This document shows, in pieces, positions 18,763 to 27,454 of a DNA stretch of 64,000 bases (its first letter is position 1; each line of letters opens with the position of its first letter). The translations under genes and the position numbers were made by a program. Location of the stretch: positions 67,541 to 131,540 of the forward strand of contig JACPKC010000010.1 of assembly GCA_016187225.1 (NCBI GenBank). Direction: 5' to 3'. The stretch comes from Candidatus Berkelbacteria bacterium. GTDB lineage: Bacteria > Patescibacteriota > UBA1384 > JACPKC01. The notes beneath the pieces were generated by a model. That model was not told the DNA's origin, searched no databases, and worked only from the letters and a program-made list of their open reading frames with translations.

Positions 18763-20451
18763 ATGACCCACTTTGAAAATCTTATCCATCGAGTTCGTTC
18801 ATTGCTCAGTGGTGAATGCCAGATCACATTCGAGATTCCAAGCAATCAATCGGCATGGTTTTCGGTGCCAATTTTCCACTTGGCTCAAAAGCGCAATCAG
18901 TCAGTCGCCGAAGTTGCCAAGACGATCGTCTCTAGACTGAACTCTCTCTCTGGAGTGCAAGCGAAAGTCGTCGGCGGTTATGTCAATCTTGCGCCAACTT
19001 CAAGTTTCGCGAGGCAAATCTTGGCTGAACTGTCGACAAGTAAATATCAGCCAGAATCTCGCACCGAAACAATCGTCATTGATTATTCAAGCCCGAACGC
19101 CGCCAAACCGATGAGTATTGGCCATTTACGTTCGACTGTGATTGGGGATGCGCTCAAGCGCATTTACCAGTTTCTTGGTTATCAAGTAATTGGAGTAAAT
19201 CATCTTGGCGATTGGGGCACGCAATTTGGCAAACTCCTTGTGGCTTATAAACGCCAGTTTGGCGATCTCACTCCACGGCCAGAGTTGACAGTTAAAGATT
19301 TACTTAATCTTTATGTGCAATTTCATACTGACGCCGACCAGGATCGGGCGCTTGCTGACGGGGCCCGGGCGATGTTTTTTCAATTGGAACATGAACGGCG
19401 TGCGCAAGGACAGGCGAGTGAATTGGTCGCGCTTTGGCGGCAATTGGTGGATCTCTCTAAGCAGGAACTTCAGAGTGTTTATCGGCGTTTGGGGGTGGAA
19501 TTTTCTGACGAGGCGATTAAAGGTGAGAGTGAATATGATCTCGAAGTTAAGCAAGTAAGAAAACAAGCTCAAGAGATGGGGATTTTAGAAACAAGCGAGG
19601 GCGCTCAAATTATTCAAGTTGGAGATGCTTGTCCGCCTTTGATTTTTGAAAAAACTGATGGTTCCACTACCTACGGCGCCCGTGATCTGGGCGCGCTTCT
19701 TTATCGCTTAAAGACATATCGTCCAGCGCAAGTTCTCTATGTGGTCGGAAGCGAGCAGTCACTTCACTTTCAGCAGATTTTTGAGGCGGCGACTTCACTT
19801 GATCTTCTAGGTGTGAGAACGAATAAAACTATCCTTAAACATGTTAAATTTGGCCTTGTTCGTCTACCCGAAGGCAAGCTAAGCACGCGTCAGGGTCGCG
19901 TCATTTTACTCGAAGATGTTTTGAATGAGGCGGTGAAACGGGCGCAGGCGGTGATAGAAGCGCGAGTCGAAGGGCAACCAGGGGACGAGCGCATTAGCGA
20001 AGCAGTTGGAATTGGCGCCCTTAAGTATTTTGATCTCATGCATAATTGTCGCCACGATATCCTTTTCAATTGGGAACGCATGCTCTCACTCAAAGGCAAC
20101 TCGGCGCCGTATCTTCAATATTCCTACACGCGCGCCGTCCAGATTTTAGCTAAGGAGAGCGACATCGAGCAAGAAGTAGGCGTCGTTCCGGTTGAACTTA
20201 TGCCTTATATTCGCACCTTGGCTAGATTCCCATTGATTATTGAGCAAGTTGCCGAGCAGTCCACGCCGCATACCCTTGCTCAATATCTAGGTGAAGTCGC
20301 GGCGGATTTTCATGCCTTTTATGAACGCTTCCCAGTTTTGCAGGCGAGCGCCAGTGATAAGACAGTGCGCTTAGCCTACGTTCGGGCAACACAAAAAATT
20401 CTTAAGATTGGCCTTAATCTTCTGGGTATCGAAGCGCTTGAAAGGATGTAA
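18763..20451 (+). CDS. argS: Arginyl-tRNA synthetase
   Basis: SSPNAAKPMSIGHLRS (HIGH-region variant); C-terminal DALR anticodon-binding region; 562 aa. Confidence 0.85.
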   Translation: MTHFENLIHRVRSLLSGECQITFEIPSNQSAWFSVPIFHLAQKRNQSVAEVAKTIVSRLNSLSGVQAKVVGGYVNLAPTSSFARQILAELSTSKYQPESRTETIVIDYSSPNAAKPMSIGHLRSTVIGDALKRIYQFLGYQVIGVNHLGDWGTQFGKLLVAYKRQFGDLTPRPELTVKDLLNLYVQFHTDADQDRALADGARAMFFQLEHERRAQGQASELVALWRQLVDLSKQELQSVYRRLGVEFSDEAIKGESEYDLEVKQVRKQAQEMGILETSEGAQIIQVGDACPPLIFEKTDGSTTYGARDLGALLYRLKTYRPAQVLYVVGSEQSLHFQQIFEAATSLDLLGVRTNKTILKHVKFGLVRLPEGKLSTRQGRVILLEDVLNEAVKRAQAVIEARVEGQPGDERISEAVGIGALKYFDLMHNCRHDILFNWERMLSLKGNSAPYLQYSYTRAVQILAKESDIEQEVGVVPVELMPYIRTLARFPLIIEQVAEQSTPHTLAQYLGEVAADFHAFYERFPVLQASASDKTVRLAYVRATQKILKIGLNLLGIEALERM

Positions 20452-20516
20452 AAGATCGTTGAGAAAGTCTTATTCTTGCTCGAATGAAGTGATAGCAAAG
20501 TCGAGAATCGTTCTAT

Positions 20517-22826
20517 TTAGAACCCAGCCTTATAGAGTTTATTTTCCGCCAATACCCAGAAGACTTTACCATCTTCGTCAACTGCGATTTGATCGAGAGC
20601 TTGGACCCCATCCAAAACATACTGATTTTGGAATCGTCCGTCAGAGCCGAGAACCACAATTCGTTCGCCATCGACAACGTAAATTTTGCCACCCTCGCGA
20701 GTCGTTAGAATTTGTTTGGGCGAGGTGAAGTTCGAGGCTGGCGCTGGAATGTCATGGATACGAAATTCAACTCTTTTTCCGCGATTGAGTTTAATTACCT
20801 CTCCAAGTTTTGAAAGCACATAGACGTTGCCATCAATTGCTAAGTCGATGCCATCGCTAATTTGCGTGCCGTCGGTGATAAATGCTTCGGGCGCCTGAAG
20901 GGCGCCATCCACAGATGGAAATTTCCAGATCTGGTTTTCAGAGGGCGCTAGAAGATAGAGATTATTGAAGAATGCGGCGAGACTTTGGCCCAGCTTTGTA
21001 TTTGCGCCTTGAGGATTTAGGGCATTAAGTGGGCCGCTAGCGTCGGTTAATTCATAAAGCGCGGGTTTGTCGGTGCTGACAAGCGCGCCAATTTTTTCAT
21101 CGTAGACGCCAATAGCAGTGATTTTTTCATTGGCGGGCGAGACGACAGATACTTGCTCGCCTCCATTCTCGGGCAAGGTTATGAGTTTGCTATTCTCGAC
21201 TATCGTCAGTTTATTATCCCAACGCGTTAAAGATGATCCCTGCTCAAATTCTGCCAAACTTGCTAAGTTTTTAAGGCGCGTGGTTTTAGTTAACTCGTCC
21301 AGGGCGGTTTGCGCTTCGTCGCGAACCTGTGTAGCGATTTCAGTTACCGGGGAATTTTCAAGCGTTGCAACGCCGGTGATAACTTCAGCAAACAGTGTCT
21401 GGGCTTTTTCAGTCTGATTGAAAATTTTGGCAAGCTTTCCTTCCTCTAACTTATCTTCTAGGTTCTGCAGTTGAGCAGTTGCCTCAACCCGTTTTTGCTC
21501 CTCGCCGCGACGAGTCGCGAGCGCGCGCAAGTTTATTCCAAGCAAAACTATTAAGATCGCGGCGAGGACAATAAAACCCGCCGAGCGCGAGGCAAAATTG
21601 ACTTTTAATAAAGTTGGCAGAGGAAATTTGGCGGTCGGATGAGTTTGTGGGACTTGATCGTAGACGTGCACTGCGCCCACGGTTCCCAAGTTGTCTGAAG
21701 ATGGGGCCGTGTAATCATGAATCGCGAACACCGACTTGCCAATCAGGCTTTCTGTTTTTGTCGGCGGAGTGGGTAGATCGCTTGAGGGGTGAGTTTTTGA
21801 CAAGACGTCTGGTGGCGCCGCTGGGCGCCGATTTTTTAATTTTTCAATTTGATCGCGAAGAGCAGGCAGGGTCTTTTCACGAAATTCCTGATGGTGAGTT
21901 CGTGACCAGTTCTTAAATTGTGCCAGCGTTTGCTTGCTTCGCGGAAGCGCATGAATTCGAAAGGCGGTGTCTAATCTTCGATCCCAAACTTTCAGCCATC
22001 CACCTGCGGTTAAAGCAATTTCGTGCAAACGTTTCAGCCCTGCCAGACCAGTCAGACGCCAGTCGCTTACGCCGTTGCTGTCGAGATAAAACACTTCGGG
22101 GGATCGAGTTAAAGTTTGATTGGCTTGGGATGCGAGACTGGGAGATTCCAGAAGCAAAGCATTCACCCAACGCCCCTTTTTGGTTTTTAGAATGTTTGTC
22201 AAATGGTGAGCCGCTGTGCCTAGATCGGGTACTGAAAAGACATTTGCCTTGAGTTCCGGCACAGAGCTAACAGTTAAAAGGCCGATACTCCCGAAAAGAA
22301 AACGATCGCCGGATTCGAGTTTACCCGAAAGCACCGTCGAAAAAGTCTTGTTTGGTGTATTCACTGGGCTCGATGAGTCAAAAACATTCGAGGCCTTGCC
22401 TTCGCGAATCAACCAGCCGTGGATCGTGCCACAGGTTGTAATATGAATCTCATCTTGGATAACCAAAATTAACACGGCATTGAGGTGACCAAGCCAATCT
22501 GTTTGACCTGTCTGTGCCAAGTGTCCGAGAGTTTCATTGATTTTTTTAAGCGCCGTTTCAAAATTCACAAGTGGATCGCGATCAGCGCCGCGAAAATACT
22601 CTCTCGACGCAGTGTTGATGAGAGTTTGGCCAATTTGAGAGTTTGGGAACCATGGGCTCTCAATCTCGACTAAGGTAAAAATTCGACCAGCGGCGTTTGC
22701 CTCTGGATCGTGAGATTCCTTGACCTGGGTAGTTACATATCGATCCGAGAGTTTAGCGCTATTTGTAATGCGTACGTATCGAAACGCATCATTCGTTTTT
22801 ATATTCGCTTGTGACTCTGATTCCAT
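20517..22826 (-). CDS. Hypothetical 769-aa membrane protein: cytoplasmic N-domain, one TM, coiled coil, C-terminal beta-propeller-like repeats
   Basis: Central TM (GFIVLAAILIVLLGINL); coiled-coil stretch; repeated Gly/Asp-rich beta-strand motifs at the C-terminus (IYVVDGERIVVLGSDGRF, VFWVLAENKLY). Confidence 0.45.
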   Translation of the reverse strand: MESESQANIKTNDAFRYVRITNSAKLSDRYVTTQVKESHDPEANAAGRIFTLVEIESPWFPNSQIGQTLINTASREYFRGADRDPLVNFETALKKINETLGHLAQTGQTDWLGHLNAVLILVIQDEIHITTCGTIHGWLIREGKASNVFDSSSPVNTPNKTFSTVLSGKLESGDRFLFGSIGLLTVSSVPELKANVFSVPDLGTAAHHLTNILKTKKGRWVNALLLESPSLASQANQTLTRSPEVFYLDSNGVSDWRLTGLAGLKRLHEIALTAGGWLKVWDRRLDTAFRIHALPRSKQTLAQFKNWSRTHHQEFREKTLPALRDQIEKLKNRRPAAPPDVLSKTHPSSDLPTPPTKTESLIGKSVFAIHDYTAPSSDNLGTVGAVHVYDQVPQTHPTAKFPLPTLLKVNFASRSAGFIVLAAILIVLLGINLRALATRRGEEQKRVEATAQLQNLEDKLEEGKLAKIFNQTEKAQTLFAEVITGVATLENSPVTEIATQVRDEAQTALDELTKTTRLKNLASLAEFEQGSSLTRWDNKLTIVENSKLITLPENGGEQVSVVSPANEKITAIGVYDEKIGALVSTDKPALYELTDASGPLNALNPQGANTKLGQSLAAFFNNLYLLAPSENQIWKFPSVDGALQAPEAFITDGTQISDGIDLAIDGNVYVLSKLGEVIKLNRGKRVEFRIHDIPAPASNFTSPKQILTTREGGKIYVVDGERIVVLGSDGRFQNQYVLDGVQALDQIAVDEDGKVFWVLAENKLYKAGF

Positions 22827-22845
22827 GTTGCCTCAATGTCTAACT

Positions 22846-22923
22846 TGGTCGGGGTGGGCGGATTTGAACCGCCGGTCTCCAGACCCCCAGCCTGGCGCAT
22901 TTGGCCAACTATGCTACACCCCG
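22846..22923 (-). tRNA. tRNA-Pro (anticodon GGG)
   Basis: Manual cloverleaf fold: 7-bp acceptor CGGGGTG/CACCCCG, anticodon stem CCAGG/TCTGG, loop CTGGGGG, T-loop TTCAAAT, 3' CCA encoded. Confidence 0.8.
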
Positions 22924-22961
22924 GTTTGGTGCCCAGGAAAACAAGTATAACAAAAGGAGGA

Positions 22962-23573
22962 TCAGCCTCCTATGAGAAACTGGGTAAGTCGAGTGACAGC
23001 TGAAACGAGTAAATCTCCGAGCGTCGTCGTTCTCAAGGCAATTAGAAGAAGGATGATAAGCAAAAAAGATGATGTTTCGAGCATTCGATATATTGGTTCA
23101 CCCAAGAAAGCTCGCAAGAACTTTGAGCCATCCAGCGGCGGTACGGGCAACAGATTAAAGAGCATTAAAAAGAGATTAAGTTGAATCATTAAGATGCCGA
23201 CCGTAGCGAGGTCAGATATTGGTATAACGCCGCTTCGGTATACAAGTGCGATTAGGCTGGCGAGGAGAAGATTGCTGGCTGGACCAGCGATGGCCACCAA
23301 GAATTCATCCAACGCTGGGCGGGTAAAGTATTGTGGGTTGACTGGCACCGGCTTGCCCCAACCAAATCCGAAAAAGAATAAGAAAACCGTGCCGAGCGGA
23401 TCGAGGTGGGCGAGAGGATTGAGAGTGACTCGACCTTGATTGCGGGCAGTTGGGTCACCTAATCGATCAGCAACATAGGCGTGAGCGCATTCGTGAACGG
23501 TAATCCCTGAAAGCAGGGCAAGACAAAAAGCGACAAAACCGAGTGGGTCAGTGAGAGCGTTGAGAAGAAGCAT
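22962..23573 (-). CDS. Site-2 protease family (M50) zinc metalloprotease, short form
   Basis: HExxH within a TM helix (ITVHECAHAY), downstream LDG motif, several TM segments. Confidence 0.65.
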   Translation of the reverse strand: MLLLNALTDPLGFVAFCLALLSGITVHECAHAYVADRLGDPTARNQGRVTLNPLAHLDPLGTVFLFFFGFGWGKPVPVNPQYFTRPALDEFLVAIAGPASNLLLASLIALVYRSGVIPISDLATVGILMIQLNLFLMLFNLLPVPPLDGSKFLRAFLGEPIYRMLETSSFLLIILLLIALRTTTLGDLLVSAVTRLTQFLIGG

Positions 23574-23672
23574 AATTTGAGAGGGTTAAGATAGTAGAAA
23601 TAACACCATCATAAGTTGCATAGAAACCTAAATTATGATAACTTAACTCACGTTTTCTTGAAAGGATACTGT

Positions 23673-23876
23673 ATGCATGTTACTCACCTCTACGCGCCAG
23701 TGGCTTGGGTTTGCCAAGTGTGTGGTAAGAAGCCAGTCGCTGGTCGGGATCGATCGCACTCTATGCGTCAATCACATCGCTCAATCCGACCAAATCTTCA
23801 ATCCTATAAAAATGGGAAAATTTGCACTCGGTGTCTGCGGACTCTGAAACGCAAAACTAACGCTAACACGGTGTAA
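23673..23876 (+). CDS. rpmB: 50S ribosomal protein L28
   Basis: CQVCGKKPVAGRDRSHSMRQSHRSIRPNLQ matches the L28 core (CQVTGK..RSHA...PNL); start placed at the ATG with RBS AAAGGA. Confidence 0.7.
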   Translation: MHVTHLYAPVAWVCQVCGKKPVAGRDRSHSMRQSHRSIRPNLQSYKNGKICTRCLRTLKRKTNANTV

Positions 23877-23881
23877 CTACA

Positions 23882-23907
23882 AAACCCCGCTTCTATGCGG
23901 GGTTTTG
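23882..23907. terminator. Bidirectional intrinsic terminator (10-bp stem AAAACCCCGC/GCGGGGTTTT, 6-nt loop)
   Basis: Perfect GC-rich hairpin flanked by A and T runs, between convergent rpmB and the minus-strand zinc-ribbon gene. Confidence 0.6.
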
Positions 23908-23929
23908 TGTAACGCTTGAGTAGTTAAAA

Positions 23930-24283
23930 CTACGCAGCTTTAGGCATATCCGTGCTTGCATCTGATGCACCTGCATCTGACCCCGAATCGGAGCCAGCCC
24001 CTTGATTGCGACGGGCATTGAAGCATTCGCCGCAGAGGACATCATCCCGCTTGGGCGGGAATGGCACTTGTCCTGGTTTACCGCACTGGGCGCAGACGAT
24101 GTCATACATCTGACCTCCGCCACCACGCTGTGAATCGCGCTCCGCGCGCTTTTTGGCGCGGCACTCTTTACAGCGAGTTGGGGCGCTCAAACCTTTAGTC
24201 GCGTAGAAATCTTGCTCACCTGCTGTCCAGGTAAACGTGTTCCCACAGTCTCGACAGGTGAGAGTTTGATCTTGATATTCCAC
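23930..24283 (-). CDS. Zinc-ribbon protein with two CxxC...CxxC pairs and an acidic Ser/Gly/Asp-rich tail
   Basis: CRDCG...CKEC and CAQCG...CGEC motifs; small (117 aa). Confidence 0.5.
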   Translation of the reverse strand: MEYQDQTLTCRDCGNTFTWTAGEQDFYATKGLSAPTRCKECRAKKRAERDSQRGGGGQMYDIVCAQCGKPGQVPFPPKRDDVLCGECFNARRNQGAGSDSGSDAGASDASTDMPKAA

Positions 24284-24427
24284 TGGAACCCTTTTTTATC
24301 CATAAAACTTGTTCGACCACTCAAGCGTCTTGCGACCGCGCAAGAACTTATTCGCAGTATAGGCGCGAATGCCCTAAAATGTCAACGTCTTGATTGTCAA
24401 TTTCTTGCCTGATACGCTACGAACATT

Positions 24428-25084
24428 ATGTTGCCCCAAGCTTTTCAGATTTTACTTAAGCGCAGAGTTATGAGCCAGACCACGCTTTTGAGCGGTCAAA
24501 CTCCTGCTAATCAACTCATGGTCGCTCGCAACATCGCTTCTATACTTAAAATCGCTCCAGTTGACACGCTTCTTGTTTTATCGCCGCCAAAAATCGCTGA
24601 CCTGCGTTCAATTCTAGAACGTCTCCAATTTAAGCCCTACCAATCAGAATATGTGCTGGCGCTTTTGATCTCGGTCGATCAATGGTCATCTGAAACAGCC
24701 ACGGCCCTGTTGAAAATTCTTGAAGAGCCGCCACCCCAGGCGCGCCTCGTTTTGTTTGCGCAGGACGAAGAGAGCGTTTTACCTACAATTCGATCACGAG
24801 CAAGCAGATTCAGGCTTCCTGTAACTTTTACGTCTCAAGAGCAGTCTTTGTCGCCCCTTGAAACACTTTTAAGCAAACCATTATCTTATCAAATGATGCA
24901 GACTGCTAAATATGCCGAGGAGTATTCAATTCCAGAAATTTTGAATTCTTGGCTTGTGCAGACTTCAAGCCGATCCCTTCAAGTTTATTTACTTACTTCT
25001 CTAACTGAAGTTGGAACACATCCGGTCAATAAACGCCTCTTTCTTGATTCATTACTCGTCAATGTTCCAGGAAGAAGAGTATGA
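24428..25084 (+). CDS. DNA polymerase III delta-prime-like clamp-loader subunit, truncated (no obvious Walker A)
   Basis: KILEEPPP and TIRSRASRF boxes typical of HolB/delta-prime sensor-2 regions; only about 200-218 aa. Confidence 0.45.
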   Translation: MLPQAFQILLKRRVMSQTTLLSGQTPANQLMVARNIASILKIAPVDTLLVLSPPKIADLRSILERLQFKPYQSEYVLALLISVDQWSSETATALLKILEEPPPQARLVLFAQDEESVLPTIRSRASRFRLPVTFTSQEQSLSPLETLLSKPLSYQMMQTAKYAEEYSIPEILNSWLVQTSSRSLQVYLLTSLTEVGTHPVNKRLFLDSLLVNVPGRRV

Positions 25085-25671
25085 TTCTTGAGATTCTAAT
25101 CATCGCGGCGATCATTGGCATGTTTATTATTTTGGCGCGGCGTCTGCCCGATGCACTTAAAGGTGAACAGGGTTCATTGCCGCCTCAAAACACACCCGCT
25201 CGTCCAGATTTTTTTACTAGAGCTCGAATTTGGTGGAAGACTGCTAAGCGAGAACAGTTGCGCCCGGCAAAATCACCAGTGGCTGTCGCTCAATCCGTCA
25301 AAGCGCCGAGCGAAGTGCTGACCGAAGATGTGCTCTTAAGAGAAGGCGATACTTACATGCAGGAGGGTAAGCTCAAGGAGGCCGAGCGGGCATTTTTAAG
25401 GGCGGTCGCCAAAAATCCTAAAAACCCCAAACTTTATAATCGCCTGGGTGCGATTTATCTTAAACAACGTAACTATTCAGATGCGCTCCAGGCATTTGAA
25501 GCCGCTCGCGATTTGGATTCGAGCAAAGCCTCGCGCCACTATAACGTCGCTCTCGCCGCCTGGCAGATGACTAATCTTTCCAAGGCTCGCCACTCGATTG
25601 CTCAAGCGATTAGCCTCGATCCGGTTTCGGCTAAATACCAAGAGCTTAAGCAACAGATTGAAGCGAAGTAA
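25081..25671 (+). CDS. Membrane-anchored TPR-repeat protein
   Basis: N-terminal TM, then at least three TPR-like repeats (AFLRAVAKNPKNPKLYNRLGAIYLKQRNYSDALQAFEAA). Confidence 0.55.
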   Translation: MILEILIIAAIIGMFIILARRLPDALKGEQGSLPPQNTPARPDFFTRARIWWKTAKREQLRPAKSPVAVAQSVKAPSEVLTEDVLLREGDTYMQEGKLKEAERAFLRAVAKNPKNPKLYNRLGAIYLKQRNYSDALQAFEAARDLDSSKASRHYNVALAAWQMTNLSKARHSIAQAISLDPVSAKYQELKQQIEAK

Positions 25672-26668
25672 TTTGTCCCTCGAGCAATTCAATGAGTTCG
25701 GATTCGTTTTCGTCAGCCTCAATCTTGAGAGATTCAAGATGAGCGAGAAATTCTTGACCCTGCCGCGCAACCTCGTCGCCAGTTGCGTAATTCAGTTTTG
25801 GATCTAAAAATTGCCGGTTACCAATTTTCATTGATATATATTCTCGATAAAAATACTCATTACTCTCTGCGTTCACTAAGAGTGTTTGGACCATTGAGTG
25901 TAGTTCTTCTTGGTGCTGTTTGAAATATTCTTCGATAAAAATAAACTCTTGCGCATGGCGCGCAAGTCGCGGCAAAGAATTTCGTAAAATATCCCAGATT
26001 AAGGCGTGGGATTTGCGTTTTTGAGGTGGAGCAAAGGTGCCATCTTCTTGAATCATAAGCGTTGGTTCAATGTAAATACCCGAAGTTTGATTCACCTCAT
26101 CTTCATTATTGAGCGCTTCTTCAAGCACCAATCGCCATTCCTGCCGAGCAGTTTCAAGAAAAGCGATCTGCTCCGTTGCTTTCCACAACCTGCCTTCTAC
26201 CGATGATTCTGGCTTTTTTATCACTTTCTTGACGCGCAACATATCCACATAGAGTTTTTCTTGGTTACGGATCTTTTCCAAATGCAGATTAAACTGTTTC
26301 TCGGCGATCTCTTGGTTGAACCAAGTTTTTGTGCCATGAGGAATGTCGCCCTGGAATGGCCCAACTTCTTCAATGTCATGCGTTGTCAGGAGTAGGGCAT
26401 AAAATTTTCTGTCGATTTTAAGCTCCGGAACGCCGGCGTGGCCTCGCAACTTATTCTCGCGCGTCAAACATCCAAGGCCGCGTCGCAAACTGCCCTTGTG
26501 ATGAGTGGCCACCGTTCCTTCATGAGGGTAGGGCGCCTCGCCATGAACATAAGGCGCGTAGCGTTTTTCTGTTTGCGCCGCCGGTGAATAAGCAGTTTCC
26601 TTAAGAAATTCCTCTTCTTCAGGCGTAAAGATAAATTGTTCAGGTGAAAATTTTCTCGATCCCTCCAT
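25646..26668 (-). CDS. Hypothetical protein, possible HD-domain phosphohydrolase
   Basis: H...HD spacing (HHKGS...LLTTHDIEEVG...DIPHG) reminiscent of the HD superfamily; otherwise unassigned. Confidence 0.35.
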   Translation of the reverse strand: MEGSRKFSPEQFIFTPEEEEFLKETAYSPAAQTEKRYAPYVHGEAPYPHEGTVATHHKGSLRRGLGCLTRENKLRGHAGVPELKIDRKFYALLLTTHDIEEVGPFQGDIPHGTKTWFNQEIAEKQFNLHLEKIRNQEKLYVDMLRVKKVIKKPESSVEGRLWKATEQIAFLETARQEWRLVLEEALNNEDEVNQTSGIYIEPTLMIQEDGTFAPPQKRKSHALIWDILRNSLPRLARHAQEFIFIEEYFKQHQEELHSMVQTLLVNAESNEYFYREYISMKIGNRQFLDPKLNYATGDEVARQGQEFLAHLESLKIEADENESELIELLEGQITSLQSVA

Positions 26669-26705
26669 CCCACCTCCTTTAGTTACCTAAAAAATAACAA
26701 ATATT

Positions 26706-26779
26706 TGGCAGGAGCTGGAGGAATCGAACCACCGACCGCGGTTTTGGAGACCGCTGTTATACCACTTAACTAAGCTCCC
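26706..26779 (-). tRNA. tRNA-Trp (anticodon CCA)
   Basis: Cloverleaf with anticodon stem GCGGT/ACCGC, loop CTCCAAA, T-loop TTCGATT; one T-T mismatch in the T-stem; 3' CCA encoded. Confidence 0.75.
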
Positions 26780-26789
26780 TTTCTAATTG

Positions 26790-26978
26790 TTAGGTTCGCG
26801 GTTTTGGATTTGGCAATTTTGTCTCGTTATGTTGAGTGTGTTTGCGGCACCAAGTGCAGTATTTTTCAAGCACAAGCTTATCAGTTGTGTTCACAACATT
26901 TTTTGACACCACATAGTTGCGTCGCTTACATTCGACACAAGTGAGATTAAATTTTTGTCGTTTGCCTTTTTTTGCCAT
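26790..26978 (-). CDS. rpmG: 50S ribosomal protein L33
   Basis: [27 protein letters not shown]...[12 protein letters not shown] zinc-ribbon L33; start trimmed to MAKKGK. Confidence 0.8.
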   Translation of the reverse strand: MAKKGKRQKFNLTCVECKRRNYVVSKNVVNTTDKLVLEKYCTWCRKHTQHNETKLPNPKPRT

Positions 26979-27010
26979 ATTCTTCCTTTCTTTGTCTTTT
27001 TCTACAAAAC

Positions 27011-27085
27011 TGGAGCCCACGGGCGGATTTGAACCGCCGACCTATTCCTTACCATGGAATTGCTCTGCCTCTGAGCTACGTGGGC
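27011..27085 (-). tRNA. tRNA-Thr (anticodon GGT)
   Basis: Cloverleaf: acceptor GCCCACG/CGTGGGC, anticodon stem ATTCC/GGAAT, loop ATGGTAA, T-loop TTCAAAT, CCA encoded. Confidence 0.8.
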
Positions 27086-27086
27086 T

Positions 27087-27173
27087 TGGTGCTGGGGGTA
27101 GGATTCGAACCTACGAAGGCGCTGGGCCGTCAGATTTACAGTCTGATGCGTTTGACCGCTTCGCTACCCCAGC
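27087..27173 (-). tRNA. tRNA-Tyr (anticodon GTA) with long variable arm
   Basis: Acceptor GCTGGGG/CCCCAGC, anticodon stem TCAGA/TCTGA, loop CTGTAAA, 17-nt variable arm, T-loop TTCGAAT, CCA encoded. Confidence 0.8.
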
Positions 27174-27181
27174 TTGTTATC

Positions 27182-27256
27182 TGGAGCCACCTGTCGGATT
27201 TGAACCGACGACCTTCACTTTACAAAAGTGTTGCTCTACCGCTGAGCTAAGGTGGC
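27182..27256 (-). tRNA. tRNA-Thr (anticodon TGT)
   Basis: Acceptor GCCACCT/AGGTGGC, loop TTTGTAA, T-stem GTCGG/CCGAC; A27:A43 mismatch in the anticodon stem makes the register slightly ambiguous. Confidence 0.65.
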
Positions 27257-27326
27257 AGGCAATTCTCCAGAAAAATAATACTAGCAAGGTAGAGAGGAAT
27301 ACTCAATGATGGGGGAGCTTATTTTA

Positions 27327-27391
27327 TACACTCTACGAACGTTAAATGATTAGAGAGTGTCTAGATACTCATTTAACGTTCGTAGAGTGTA
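27327..27391. promoter_or_regulatory. Perfect 23-bp inverted repeat (TACACTCTACGAACGTTAAATGA / TCATTTAACGTTCGTAGAGTGTA) with 19-nt spacer, carrying symmetric extended -10 boxes for divergent transcription
   Basis: The right arm runs into TGTATAAT followed by TTGACA-17-TATATT upstream of the + gene; the reverse complement of the left arm runs into TGTATAAAAT, which faces the minus-strand tRNA operon. Confidence 0.55.
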
Positions 27392-27454
27392 TAATTGACA
27401 GAAGTGGAGTATTCTGATATATTGCTAATGTACGAAGTGTTCTATGGAGGGAAA

